NCBI GenBank assembly: GCA_051294375.1
Contig: CM119264.1
Location: 20,127,564-20,176,285 of the forward strand
Direction of reading: 5' to 3'
From: Paraspadella gotoi
Lineage: Eukaryota > Animalia > Chaetognatha
Length of the DNA stretch: 48,722 nt
Both the position numbers and the translations under genes were made by a program. The notes beneath the pieces were generated by a model that saw only the letters and a list, made by a program, of their open reading frames with translations, was not told the origin of the DNA and did not search any database. Numbering within the stretch: position 1 is the stretch's first letter; the number at the start of each line of letters is the position of its first letter. Below are positions 22,829 through 35,801 of this stretch, one piece after another.

Positions 22829-22915
22829 CTGCAGCAGCTGGTCGTTCGGCGTGAGCGGGACAAAGGAAGGTTCGGCGCTAGCTGCCGAAGTAGGGCGCAC
22901 TAAAGGCGTCGACAT
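22829..22915 (-). CDS. Gene 2 exon 1 (putative single-pass membrane protein)
   Basis: ATG at 22915, 87 bp, MSTPLVRPTSAASAEPSFVPLTPNDQLLQ, donor CAG|gtttgt phase 0; GC-rich island. Confidence 0.6.
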
Positions 22916-24614
22916 AGTCGTTTGTATTCGTCGTTTTATTAATCTTGTATTAAGGTTTTAAAAATTAGTTCAGAGCATCATATCTGCGCGCCGTAGTAAG
23001 TGGGAAAAAAATACGCAGCTCCGTTAGAAAAAAACCCTCCAGCTTACCAAAAAAAAAATCGAAATCAGAGAAAGAAATCGGCTCGAGATGATCTGAAAGA
23101 GGAAAGGTCGCGTTCGGGCCAGAATGAGAGAAAAAATATAACTATGAAGAAAGAAAAAGAAAGAAAAAGAGAAAAAGAAAGAAAAAGAGAAAAAAAAAAG
23201 AAAAAGAGAAAAAAAAGAAAAAAAGAAAGCAAGCACAAGCAATCGCCTCAATGTCACCTCGTGTTGAGTTTGACTTAATAGTTGCGACAACTTAAAACCA
23301 TATTTAATATAGAAACTTATTTTTATCTTGATTTAATACTAGTACTAATATTTAATGATACAAAATTATAAACTTAAAAGTTTTTATAAAATATTATTTT
23401 AATCTACTAAATAACTAAAAATATTCTACATTTCGCGACGGACCAAAATAACGCCTGGTAAAAATATGTACGGCCATTGTTCTTTTTCGCAAGCAAAGCA
23501 TTCAATTATCTTGTAAAACGTTCCATCTAAAATGAATTAGCGATAGATAATTAGAGTCCAGTCGAAAACGACCCGACAAGGATCCAAAAAACGTTTTTAC
23601 TTATTGTATAATTAGTGTTAACATTACATTCTTTGCTTTTCACAATGCTTTGGAGAAATCAAAGATAATAATTTAAGATTTTTTACGACATTTTAGCTTT
23701 CTCCTGTAAGAATTCCAGAAGCAGCATCGACTGTGTTAAAGATCAAGTTCCGGTTTGGGTTCTTCGGTTTCAGTTGAGCGCTTCTTTTTCAACCGTGGCG
23801 ATTGGGAACCAAGCTATAGCAATTGCGGCGAAACCAAAAGGACAAAAAGCAGCCAAGGGACAATATAGAACGGAAATCATGGACGTTTGTAGGTTAACCA
23901 CGTAGTAGGCAAACGTTTCCGATTTATCAATCTTTTAACCATTTAATTTAGAGATGCGCATCGTTCGAATCGAAGCTCAGATCAAGATTCCTTTATATTT
24001 CACTTCTATTCAAAACTGCATAGTCAAGGCCAAAAAAATTATGTCAATATAGGCAGATTTCGAAAGCTTGGCGTCTTGGAAAGCCAATGGAGGAAGAGCG
24101 CGATCGAAATTCCCATTTTATCATGCCCAAAAATGGTATTTAAATGGATTGTTCAGGCCGTTTTTCCCCTATTCCAAGAAAACCTCCTGGCTTTTGAGAA
24201 AAAAAGACCAAATCATACATATCAGTACAGTTTCCGAAACCTTATTATCTTCTCTACGTGATGAAAAAAAGCAAAATTAAAATTCTTGCAATCTTAATTT
24301 CTTGATAAAGCAATCAAATGAACTGGTTTTTTAGGTGAAAACTGCATAGTCAAGCCTTCATTTTTTTCAATTTTGAACACTATTGACAGAAACTGTATTG
24401 ATTTTACTATTCAAATCAGGTAGAGCGCGGGCTTAATTCAAAAGCGTTTTCTCAATATAATGCAAAATTTAAAAAAAGTCCAATAAAAACTTATTAAAAA
24501 CAAAAATCGCCACAGTGTTTATTTTATTTATTTAAAATTATACAAAATTTCTTTTAAATTATTTTAATATTTAAATAAATTTTTAAAAAATTATTTTTAT
24601 AATTAATATATAAT

Positions 24615-25050
24615 AAAAAATCTTAAAAGCATAAGGAATCGAGCCTACTTTTGATGATAACCAAATATTGATGCGATGATAACCGAAGGATTGATGCGAT
24701 GATAACCAAATGATGGATGCGATGATAGTCATTCATTGATACGATGATAATCATTCATTGATGCGATGATAGTCCTTCATTGATCGGATGATAATCATTC
24801 ATTGATGCGATGATAGTCATTCATTGATGCGATGATAGTCATTCATTGATGCGATGCTAGTCATTCATTGATGCGATGCTCGTCATTCATTGACGTGATG
24901 AGTTAATTAGAGAGAGAGAAAGAGAGAGAGAGAGAGCGAGAGAGAGCGACATAGAGTTGATTGAGAGAGAAATATAGAGAGAATAATAAAATAATAATAA
25001 AAGTTTTTAGAAGGAAAAAAATAAAAATCCACAAAAATCTCGGAAATAAA
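24615..25050 (-). mobile_element. HINE-like family H-C with 22-bp minisatellite (GATGCGATGATAGTCATTCATT)n
   Basis: Same CTTATGCTTTTAAG end as H-B but adjacent motif GTAGGCTCGAT; inverse copy at 28610-28875. Confidence 0.6.
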
Positions 25051-26342
25051 TTTGGGATTTTGTATTAGGAAAAAAGTGGCGTGATAAAAATAAAATTGTT
25101 TTATTAGAGTGTGATTAAGCATCAATTAACTTTCTATTTTTTTTTTCAATTGACTGAAGTCTTTTGTTCATCTAGTTCAAAATGAGGTTGAAAACCTTAT
25201 TTTTTTGCATATTATTGAAAATTAATGAGATTGATATTGATTGTATGAAATGAAAACTCATCGCTATAAGTATTAAGTAGTGTATCAAGATGGATTCAGA
25301 TTTTCAAAAACGTTCGCACAAGTGATCACACATATATATACTTTAATTTAAAACACCTTTTATTCGATTTGAAATTCTCAACATGAGAGATCCCGGTCGA
25401 TTTTTATCCGGCTCCTAAATTATGCAAATTAGCTTTCGATCGAATTTTTCAGATAACGATGACGCTCTTTATTCGCGTAATTTTAAACGTTTTATTATTG
25501 TAATATAATAAATAATTGAATATTATAGTTTTTTTAATATATATTTTATAAATATTAATAGTTTATAGTATTTATACTAATATAAATAAGACAAAATAGC
25601 AATTAAATGAGAGCTTAAATCCTTCTTTTTCTTACCAAAATGAGGAATTCAAAGAGATTTTTGCATAAAATAAAATATTAACTATTTTGCTTGTTTAAGT
25701 TCCTTATTACATATAAAATAATATGAATTGTATTATAAATTGTATAATTCATTCATTTAAGTTACTATTATACGTGCTTTAATAAATAGGTAAATATGGA
25801 AAAACTTGATAACAAAGATTAAAATAACCAATAAAAGTAAAATTTTTAAAAAAATAATAATAGGGATCGGAGCACCGCTCGATTCCAGCGGGGACGTAAA
25901 TTTTAGACGTAACTAACATTTTATAAAATAATTACCATAAAAATTGAACGAAATCTGCTCACAATTCTTTGCGCACAAATTAAAACGATTAAATTAATAT
26001 GATTTTTTTCATTCTCTTTATTTCTTTGTTATTTCCCTAGCGGAACTATCTGAAAACAAAAGGCTCTTTAATTGTTTTGTTAAAAAAATGTTTTCGAGTT
26101 CTCGAATTTAATTTATTTTATTTTATTTAATTTTAGATACTAAAGTATTACACTAGCGTCAGTTTAGCTAACATCTAGGAAAACGTAAAAAATGCCACCA
26201 TTATGTTTGTCAGGCATTATGCCTCTTGGAGATGTAAAATTCGGTACGACGTTGTTCTTCCATTCCTATCTGACATTATCTTCAGCTGTGCTCAAACTCC
26301 TCATCTCCTCTCTAAAATTCTTTGTTTGAAACTTTACTTTTA

Positions 26343-26374
<32 letters not shown>

Positions 26375-27160
26375 CCTCTCCCTCTCTCTCTCTCTCTCCC
26401 TCCCGCCAATTTTTTTATCGAATTTTGCTCTCTCTCTCTCTTTCTCTCTATATATATATATATTATATATATCTATATAAATTCTTTTACAATCTACGTG
26501 ATTCGCGCTAATATCTTATTTAAATCGTTTTTCATAAACAAATAAAAAGTTTTCCAATTTTTCTGCCTTTACCATGATAAAAAATATTAAGTAATTGAAA
26601 GATTTTGGGACGTCGTGTCAGGTCATTTTTCCCTGGTCATATAGTTGACCTTTTCCAGTCATTTTACCGTTCAAAGCGCCTCGTGGCTTTCTTTCGATCG
26701 AAATCATCATCACTTGTTATTCGATCATAATCGTTTCTCTGGAACCATAGTTTTTACGGAATCCAATGATTTTCTAAACAATTTTATTGTACTTTGAGAG
26801 CTAAAATGATTCGAATAAGACGACGACGAATACAACATTTATTTCGCAATTCATTTATTCTCGATGAAAATAGACTTATTCACGATTTATTCGCCATTTA
26901 TTCGAAAATTACGTTATTTGAGATTTTGAAATCCGAGCTCCATGTTCTTCCTACGGCCGACGTATCAAACGCGCGACCCTCGAGGCTTAGAAAATAATAA
27001 ACATTTTCTTCAGTGAAAACTGTGGTTCCTGACAGTCGATAGGTTTCCTATATTTTATTCTTCATGAATGATCTATTTTACCTAATTTTGGTTAAAAGAA
27101 ATCTCAAGCCAGCGACTCATGGCTCTCCAAATATTGAGAAAAGAGAAAATCATGACAAAA

Positions 27161-27202
27161 TCCACTGATGAAGGCTTGAATGAAAGCCGAAACTTGTCTG
27201 TA
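27161..27202 (+). ncRNA. Minimal type I hammerhead ribozyme motif, Penelope-like-element type
   Basis: TCCA-CTGATGA-A-GGCTT-GAATGA-AAGCC-GAAA-C-TT-GTC-TGTA: full core, 5-bp stem II, minimal stem III, imperfect stem I; followed by the AATAAAATCGTT tail shared with the 15683 and 47420 remnants. Confidence 0.7.
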
Positions 27203-28609
27203 CCATTAAAATAAAATCGTTGATGTAACAAGACTTCGTCTTTAATCTCAAATGACAAAAATCCATAAAATCTTATATTTTTGAAGACACAAATCATTAA
27301 TAACGTGTTTAATGTGGTTTGGAGCCTATGTTAAGACAACGGGCAACAACGAATGCTTGTCTCTGCGTGTCGGAAACAAATTCATGAGGACATCGAGAAT
27401 CTCGAGATTTACTATTCGCTTCATTTATAATAGTTGTTTAATTATTATTCGATTATCATTTATTAATGTTTGCTTTTCAGTAAAACGAGTATTGTGCTAT
27501 TAAGTAAAAAATGATAAGTCTCAGAATACTTGGTTCATGGTTAGCATTTCCAATATCTCTTAGATCTATACAATAAGACTAGCATCTGTCGACTTCGCCG
27601 CTCGCGCAGTCCCGATTGAAGGTCGTCGTTGGAGACCCCGATGCAACCCACTCTTTTGTGGATAGGGGGCGTGAAACAAAAACAACAAAACAAAAACCCT
27701 TTTCACAGAGGAAGTTAGTTTATGTAGCTCATGCTGTTTTTTAAGGTGAAAAAATTGAAAGACTGTATTTTAAAGTTTGATATGCACGTGATTCTTTCGT
27801 TTCCTTTCCCTAAAACTCTCAGATTTGGTATTTAAAGCAGTGAGGGAAAAAAAATTCTAATCTATAAATTTAAAAAATAACCTATAAACTAAAGACTTTT
27901 GATTTACTTTGACAAACATACATATAAAAAACATTTTAAATGAGTGATGTTAATGTTCTTGATTGTTTGATGCTATGCAATAATTCTTTTGTTAGCAATA
28001 ATATTTTATAAAAATTCGTTGTGAGATAAGGTCAAGTTGGTCAGGGCGTTGATAAAACTGGATAAGGAGAGAGCTCGTCTCACTTCACTTACATCTTCAC
28101 AATTCTTCACCTTCTTCCTTTTTTATTCATAATATTTTTGTCTTTTACAGTTGTTTAGTTTTTTACTAGGAGTAAGGTAATTAATATATTTAGCTAACAA
28201 TTATTTCATAAAAGTGGGTAATTTAGATTATAGTTTGCTAATATAAATTACTATGAAATATTTTAGCATTAAATATTGTCATTATTTATCATAATTAATC
28301 TAAAACTTGCAATTTTTTCAATTTTGTTTTTGTTCAACCTAATTTTGATATTAGAATATATTTATTCCGATGGCGCAAAGACTAGGAAAATTTTTTTGGG
28401 TTAAATGGCGCTCAAAAATCTTGTAATTATACTACTACGTTAATTAAAAACGTCCTCACTGGGATAATAAATAAAATAGTTTTATTTTAAGTATTGCTCC
28501 TCCCCCTATTAATAGTTTCTACTCAACTAATTTTTAAAATCAATGAAATAACCACTGGTTTGCAAATTACAGCGTTTTTTACCGGCGCTTGTAAAATTGT
28601 CAGCATGTA

Positions 28610-28875
28610 CATCCGAGATTTTCAAGGATTTATTCTTTTTCTTTCTCTTTCTCTTTCTTTTTCTCTCTCTCTCTCTTTCACTCATACACGCATTTGTTTG
28701 TTTTATTTATGATGAATGATTCATTGCGTCAATGAATAACTATCAAAACATCAATGAATGACTATCATCGCATCAATCATTTGGTTATCATCGCATCAAT
28801 CCTTTGGTTATCATCGCATCAATATTTGGTTATCATTGAAGGTAGGCTCGATCCTATTCTTTTAAGATTTTTTTT
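28610..28875 (+). mobile_element. HINE-like family H-C, shorter copy
   Basis: Reverse-complement homology to 24615-25050. Confidence 0.6.
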
Positions 28876-30511
28876 AATTGAATTTTAAAGTTTTGTTATA
28901 ATTTTTCATACAAAATAATGAGAGATTAATCAACGACTTTGTCATTTTTTTCAAATCATTTCTTTATATCAATCATTATCTACTGAAAGAGAGCTTATAT
29001 TTGAACTCACTTTCATAAGCCTACGATTATTCGTTCTCAAGTTATTATTGAAAATAACTCAATTTATTAATTACTACATGAAAGACTTATTCAATTCCTA
29101 TTTAATAAAAAACTATAGAAATGTAACATACAATTGCTTAGCTAAAAAATTAATCTAATTTAAATTTTTTCTTCAACAAATAACTACTATGAAATGTTAA
29201 ATTTTATATATATATTTTTAAATAATTTAACATCAAGCAAGAGCACAATTAGTAATATTATATATCCAAAAAAATCCTCATTTTATGAGCTTTCTTTTGA
29301 GTCTAATCTCAGTTTTCTGTGATAATTCGTTTTAGAGAGAGAGAGAGACAGAGAGGGAGAGAGAGAGATTGAGGGAGAGTTTCCAACAAAGGGCTGAGTA
29401 AAGGACAGTGGCCAGATGAGAGGACAGGTGAAGGTAAGGACAGAGAAAAAGAAGATAATTTTGACATAGTGAAAAGTGAAAGAGAGAGAGAGAAATAATT
29501 ACATTTGACAATGTACAACAAAGATAAAAATTTGGACTAACTTAGAAATAAGCTGAGATTTTCAATTGATAACAAAAGTTAAATAAGCTAGTAAGTAGTA
29601 ATGAAAATTGAAATAGGTGGTGAGGGATAGATAAGGTAAGAGTTTAGTGAAATATATAAGAGAAAAAAGAGCTCAAAATGAGCTGGCACCCCCCGGGCGG
29701 ACAAAGGTGGGACGCTGACGCTGACGATTAATAATAATACTTTGACATTTTATCACTTAAAGAGTTAACTTGCTCTTATTTAGGGATTCCTTTATTTGTT
29801 CAAAAGTTTAACCCTTATTCAGTTTTAGAATTGGAAAAGTGTGTATTTTTATTTATATTAAAATTTAAATATAGCTTCCCATCAAAAAGTTCTTTTAAAA
29901 TCATATGTTTCTTATTGATGAAAGTATTTTTTATATGCATTTTCTTTTCAATATGATTTACTGCAATATGCAAATTAGATTATAGTATTCTATATACTAA
30001 TTTTTATGTTTCTAAAATGTAATTTGCATATTGCAGTAAATTATAATGAGAAAGAAATTCAAACAAAAAAAATTTGATTCCATATGAAGCATGACAATTG
30101 CAAACATCTTAAAGATGAGAAGCCTTATGTAAACTTTTAACTTACTATGATTGCACTCTTTTATAAAAAATCCATCGTAATTCGTAGTGGTATTATATTT
30201 AAAAAAAACAAAATTGTAAGCCCCAGACAAAACTATATAAGAAAAAAGCATGATGCCGACGACGACGTCACAAAGAAGCTGAGCCGAAACCAAATCTAGA
30301 CAGGACGTCTGTCGAGATAAAAATACAAAATTTATTTATCTAATTAGGCATTAATTACGTAAAACTGTACTTAAGGTTATTTTGTCTTTTTGTCTACTTC
30401 AAATTAAAAAAATTCGCTAGTCACCGTAGAAAAATTAAAGATATATTCTCTGTCAAATGCTAACAACTATAACAAGCATAGGTAAAAAATGTTATTGAAC
30501 AGATAATTAGG

Positions 30512-31023
30512 TTAACAGCTATACTTTACATCGACGGCGCAAGCGTTTTGCCCTCCGAGATACAAAGGGCTCGGGAAAAAAGCCAAAACTTCGTCCTGAA
30601 GAGGAGAGAACTTTTGATGTCGAGGAATTGAGCTTTTTTGGTCCGTTTCGGCGTCGTTGGAGAAAGGAAGGAAAAATTTGCGATCGATAGTAGGATCCAC
30701 GGGGGCGTAGATAGTGTGTACGGCCGCTGCAGCAGTAGAAGCGATGTTATAGTTGGTTGCTTGACTTCCGCTGGAATGAGCAATGGTTTCATGACCAGGG
30801 GGCGGCGAGTGACTGACCGAAACTATCTCTTGGCATCCAGCGTTTGCTCGGCTGGTGGCGCTGGCGACGATTTCGGCGCCGGAATTGTCAGTCTCGATTG
30901 GCGAGGCGGAAAAAAAGTTAGACTCCGGCGGCGCAGGAGGAGGCAGTGAAGTTAAACTAAACATCTCCCTCAGCAATGGAGGGATGCTCCATAGACAAGG
31001 GAAAGAGCATAGGGCCGCCACAA
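30512..31023 (-). CDS. Nuclear receptor terminal coding exon: helix 12/AF-2 plus long Ser/Pro-rich F domain
   Basis: Acceptor ttatatcttcttgcag (AG at 31024-31025); phase 1 joins the 45957 donor in frame to give ...INHQ-VVAALCSFPCLWSIPPLLREMFSL...; PPLLREMF fits the AF-2 motif; GC-rich frame open to the stop at 30512. Confidence 0.85.
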
Positions 31024-31039
31024 CTGCAAGAAGATATAA

Positions 31040-31221
31040 TGAAATTGGTACAACCAATATAAAAATTATCCATTCATTTAATAAATTAGCTATCTTGCCC
31101 CTGACTTTGGACAGGCTTTGGTGGTTTAAGGCCTCCATCACTCTTACAAGATAATGACATAGCAGGTCCCTGCAAGCTTTCAATCAAGACTCTCTCACAG
31201 TCTCGTTTATTCACTCCCAGA
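31040..31221 (-). mobile_element. 5'-truncated monomer of the ~340-bp twister repeat (family A)
   Basis: Reverse-complement match to the 8954-10115 unit; same 3' terminus ...ATTGGTTGTACCAATTTCAT; flanked by AGATATAAT (31032-31040) and AGATATATT (31219-31227), a possible TSD. Confidence 0.75.
31091..31153 (-). ncRNA. Type-P5 twister ribozyme motif, family A, intact copy
   Basis: TATCTTGT-AA-GAGT-GA-TGG-AGGCCT-TAA-ACC-ACC-AAA-G-CCTG-T-CCA-AA-GT-CAGG-G-GCAAGATA: P5 TATCTTGT/GCAAGATA, T1 TGG/CCA, T2 AC/GT, P4 CCTG/CAGG, P2 ACC/G(A)GT, conserved GA and U^AA; predicted cut between 31128 and 31127. Confidence 0.85.
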
Positions 31222-31789
31222 TATATTATAGCAACAGCCGGGCATGTGATGCCCATTGCGAAGGGTCATCTCACTGTAAGCTCTGGGGGCATCTGACACT
31301 CAGAGGTACCGCCTGTTAATGGCGTGGTTAGACGGTTACCCGAGGACGGTCTCGCTTTACAAACGCAGAGGTGTGAGGTGTGAGGGGGTGTGAATATACC
31401 GCCACAATATCATATACATTCACAGACAACGAACAAAATAACATTGTGAGGAAATGGGTAAAAATGAGTAAAGAATTAATTAAGAAAGAACTACATAGAG
31501 ATCAAATTAGAGATTCCTTAACCGTTAAAAATTAACCGTTAATAACGGTTAAAATTTTTTTTAACTTAACCGTTAATTTTTGAATTTTAACAGTTAAATT
31601 CGGTTAAATTTTATTTTTTCCAATTTAGATATTTTGGTAAAAAATATTCTGTTTCCTTTAACTTATTCTGTTTTTCGAGAAATTTTTCTTAAAACAAAGT
31701 GAAACGTTCAAATAAGACACGTTTTTTATATAGTTTTTGTATTCATTATTTATTTATTCAGAGGAAAAACAAAGTTTGTTTTTGTTTAC

Positions 31790-32320
31790 AAACAACGAAA
31801 TTTATTTCTTTAAACGAACATGTTTCGACGGATATTTTTACAAAATCTGTCAACTCAACTACCCTGTCTTTTCAGCCTATAACTCGCCAATGACCTAAGC
31901 ACTCCGGCCACGCCTTTCCTTTGTCCGTACCGGGGGGTATTTAGAGCTCTTTCTTTATCTTTTCAATTTTTCTTCTCTTAATGTCTGACTATTACTAATA
32001 TCTATTTCATTTCTATTTCACTCTTTAAGCAATTTTAATTTATACTTAATTTTAAATTTGTTTTCGTTATTTTAGTTTTTCCATTTACTATTGTTGTACA
32101 TTACCTAAATGTATTGCTTTCTCCAAACCTTGTTCCCTACTTACTCTCAAATGACCTTACTTCGTTTCTCTTCACTCTCTGTCTCTCCTGTCCTTACCTT
32201 CAGCTGTCCTCACCCTCAACACTATCCTTTACTCAATTCTTTGTTGGACGTTTGGCAAAAATTTTTAAATTCAAGAGTCGAAACATGTCCGTTTAAAGAA
32301 ATAAATTTTGCTGTTCTTTT
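31790..32320 (+). mobile_element. Penelope-like remnant bounded by inverted GTCGAAACATGTCCGTTTAAAGAAATAAA segments
   Basis: Inverted pair about 31795-31829 and 32277-32315; the interior is homologous to the reverse complement of about 29380-29715. Confidence 0.5.
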
Positions 32321-32512
32321 GTCGATCTCCGAGTAGGGATTTGGCGAGTCTCATAATCAATCTTTAGTTCTTTTTATGACTTACAAAAAGTAGCATCGCC
32401 AATCCTGAATTTTATGGACGTTTTGATATAAAATACAAGTTTCTAAATCTTCAATTCTACTTTTCATTCATCATTTATTAAATTTTCAGCGGAAAAGATT
32501 CATGAAAACCTA

Positions 32513-34779
32513 CCTCGTGTCCGTTCGCGAGTGACACCAAAAAATGCTTACCATTTCCCATTGGATAAATATTTTCTAAATTTTCTTTCCTAATTCTATA
32601 GTAAAGTACTGAACGTTTATTATATTTTAATTTCATAAGATTAATTTGATATTTACTTATGTAAAACAACCTTTCTTTTCTGGTCATCCAATTTCATTTT
32701 CAGTAAAAAACTGAATCTTTTAAAAAAAGAAAATCATAAATTAATTGCTCAATACTCATTAATTATTAAAAATTAATAAAATTCATTTACGCCCTTAAAT
32801 TAAGAATTATCTGAGAATCTTTACGTTATAAAATAATTATTCAAGACAGTCAAGAACATGCTCAGGATAGAATTTTTTTCTAATTGGACAAATTGTATAA
32901 AGAAAACATAAGATTTACAATTAAAAGAATAAATAAAAAATCATTACTGAGAAATTACTTACGATAATTCAGATACGCCATTGATTAGACCATTAATAGG
33001 AATTTCTTATAATGTAAATTTAAAAAAAAATTAAATCAAGAACACGTCTAAATTTTAAAAGTGCCTGAATCTAGATTCAGATTTTCAAAATATGATCAGA
33101 ACCATATTTAATGGAAATTAATTACACAGCAGGTGGATCAAGTATGTTCAAAAGGTTAGTAATAAAAATCGAGAGACTCGAATATGCAAATGAGATTAAT
33201 GCGTCATTGTAAGGTTGAATATAAAGCAAAAAAAAGCATAAACAATTTATTAATTATTATTTTTTAAAAAACAATTAATAAATATGTTTTAATTTGTTTT
33301 GATAGTTCTTTATGGGAATTCTGTATAATAAAAAATATTTTAAAAAACTAATTTATCTAACAATATTAACATAATTATTGGATATAAATATATTTGTATT
33401 ATTTTTTTTTATTTATCTTTATTATGAAATAGTTTTTTTTTAATTTTGAAAAAATATTTAGCAAAAATATAACTTTTTTAATTGGTTCAGGCAGTAGAAT
33501 ACAACAATACTTTATAGTCAGATTCTGAAAATGAATTGGGAAAAGATGATTTTTGATACTTCTTTTTCTGACTAATTTTTTTTATATAGTTTCCTTACTT
33601 ATTTTAATTTGTTTTAGGTTAAAAGTGGTTGACACCTATCCCACTAATATTCTTTGCTGAATTTATTCAGCCAATTTCATATTATAGTCATTGACTCTTT
33701 TTGACGAAACCTAATTTCTTTTTTTACGATTTTTGTATTAATCGACTTTGTCGTCCCATAACTTTTGAACGCTGAGTTCGATTTTTCGAGACTTGAACCA
33801 ATTGCTTCATCTTTCAATAAGTTTTATTTTATATTTCTATATCTTTGTAAAATTCAGCCATCCAATACGGTTTTTTTTATGAGAAAATGTAGCTATTTTT
33901 TTGCGCCTTGAGCCAGAGCAGTTCCTTGCAAGCTTTCAATCAAGACTCTTTTACTCTTTTTCAGTCTCGTTTATTCATTCCTAGAGTATAATTTTGACAT
34001 AATTATATTTGCAAGTACAAATTTTTTTTTTCCAAATATTTTGACTTGCGCTGGAAAGGAAAAAATATGAAGAATCCTTGCTATTAAAGTATTTTAATAT
34101 GATTCAAGTAAACAGTACCAAAATGGTTGTCAGCAAAACAAAAAACTGATTGAACTGGAGCTCTGTCTCAATGGCTTTTTGCCATTGGTTCACTGTCTCA
34201 CTCTCTTTCAAGATTGAGTTACAAAAAACCTTCATTGCAATAGTATTTTTATATGCTTTTTATTGTTAAATATTGTTTTTTTATCCTACATGCTGATAAA
34301 ACTATACATACTAGCTTTTTATTATGATTTTATAATATTTATTTAAATTTTTATATAAGATTAATAAGTTTAATAAGTTTTTATTAATTTAAAGTATTAC
34401 TGTGAAACGTTAATCTCATTTGCATATTAGAGTAACCCGATTTTTATTACGAACCTTTTGGCTTTGTGGACAAAAATTCGTTCTATCTCAAATCTCTTAT
34501 TTTGGTACCAAAGTAATATTCCCAAGGTTTTGTAAAGATATTCCAACCCTTCCTATAGGAAGCTGGCCAGGCTACCTAAAATGGTCTTTTTTCGCCAATT
34601 TTACTGTGTAAGATAAAAAATTAAATATAGAATAGTAAATGAAGTAAACACGAAATGAAACTTATACATAAAAAAGGTCAAGTAGTTCTCCAACTAATGA
34701 TATACTTATGAATTATATTTATTAAATATTTAAAGTATAGTAAAGATTATTTTGGTGTCACTCGCGAACGGACTCGGGG
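32513..34779. mobile_element. Tc1/mariner-like non-autonomous element, ~30-bp TIR, TA TSD
   Basis: TA|CCTCGTGTCCGTTCGCGAGTGACACCAAAA and TTTTGGTGTCACTCGCGAACGGACTCGGGG|TA. Confidence 0.7.
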
Positions 34780-35801
34780 TATGAAGAAACGTTTAGCCTC
34801 ATCTCTTTTTCTATTGACCACATTTGAACTCGTCCATATTTTATTATTTTCAGTCATTTTTACTTCGGCCGAGAAGATAGCAATTCTTCTACAGGGTATG
34901 TCACACTTTCAAGGAATGGACGACGCCGGAACGCTTGATATCACGAGCGTGATATTATACCAAGATATTTCAAATTTTTTTTATATTGGCCTGCCATGAA
35001 TGACTATTAAAAATTTACCTTGGAAACTGTCAAGATTGCTAGTTACACACTGATTAGGAGTCTACGTCGTTCTTAGAGATCGAGGAAGACTTTTTCAATG
35101 GAGATTTTCGTTCAAATCTGACTACCAAACAATATAAACGCCTCTGGTAAAAATTCGGGTAAAATATCGATGTAAAAACACTTGATTCCGATCCTGTTGT
35201 ATCTGAAGGCTCGCATTTTTTTTTCTTGTCAAATCATCAACATCTTGATATCAAACAAGCCAGAACAAATAGACTGCTTCTGGACGAAAAAATTTTCTAT
35301 CTCTGATTTTATATAGAAATGAAAGGGATTTTTTTCCTTGAAAACGATATAAACGTGACTGAGGTATGTTCCTGTTCAACAAATGACGTCTAATTTTGGA
35401 ATCCTTTGGCAAAGTGTCTGAAGGGCTCTCAAAATTTTTCTTTACATTTTATTTGGTTATTTTGATATGATACGATCCTGGGAAAGTTAATTAGTCCATT
35501 TTGGTAAGAAATTTTATTTAAAGTAAAAGTAAAAGAGGAGCTAATGATCGGAATTCTAAGAGTTTTCAACCGGGAGTCAGATTCGGGAAAAATCTTCTAT
35601 GGCAAAAATCTTCCAAAGAAGGGGTTGATTTTCCGAAGATTTTGGTTAATATTTTCTATATTTATGGTTGGATTTTTTGGAAACTTAATATTAACAAATT
35701 GCCATCATTCTACCTTGGCCGGTATAAGAATATATTGAAGAAACCTCGGGCTTTTTTCATCAGAGCTTAGTCCTACACTGATTTTCAATGAAAATAATAT
35801 C

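Noticed and set aside
23685-23815. Minus-strand MLLLEFLQ as the receptor AF-2 exon
   Set aside because: Wrong phase and weak acceptor; the 31023 exon gives an in-phase PPLLREMF.
24660-24900. Regular 22-bp and 18-bp repeats as CRISPR arrays
   Set aside because: Contiguous tandem units without unique spacers, eukaryotic context, no cas genes.
31300-31360. Minus-strand TCCTCG (HDV-like loop) and TAACCACGCC (twister-like start)
   Set aside because: The required P1/P1.1 pairing and the L4 AAGC motif are absent.
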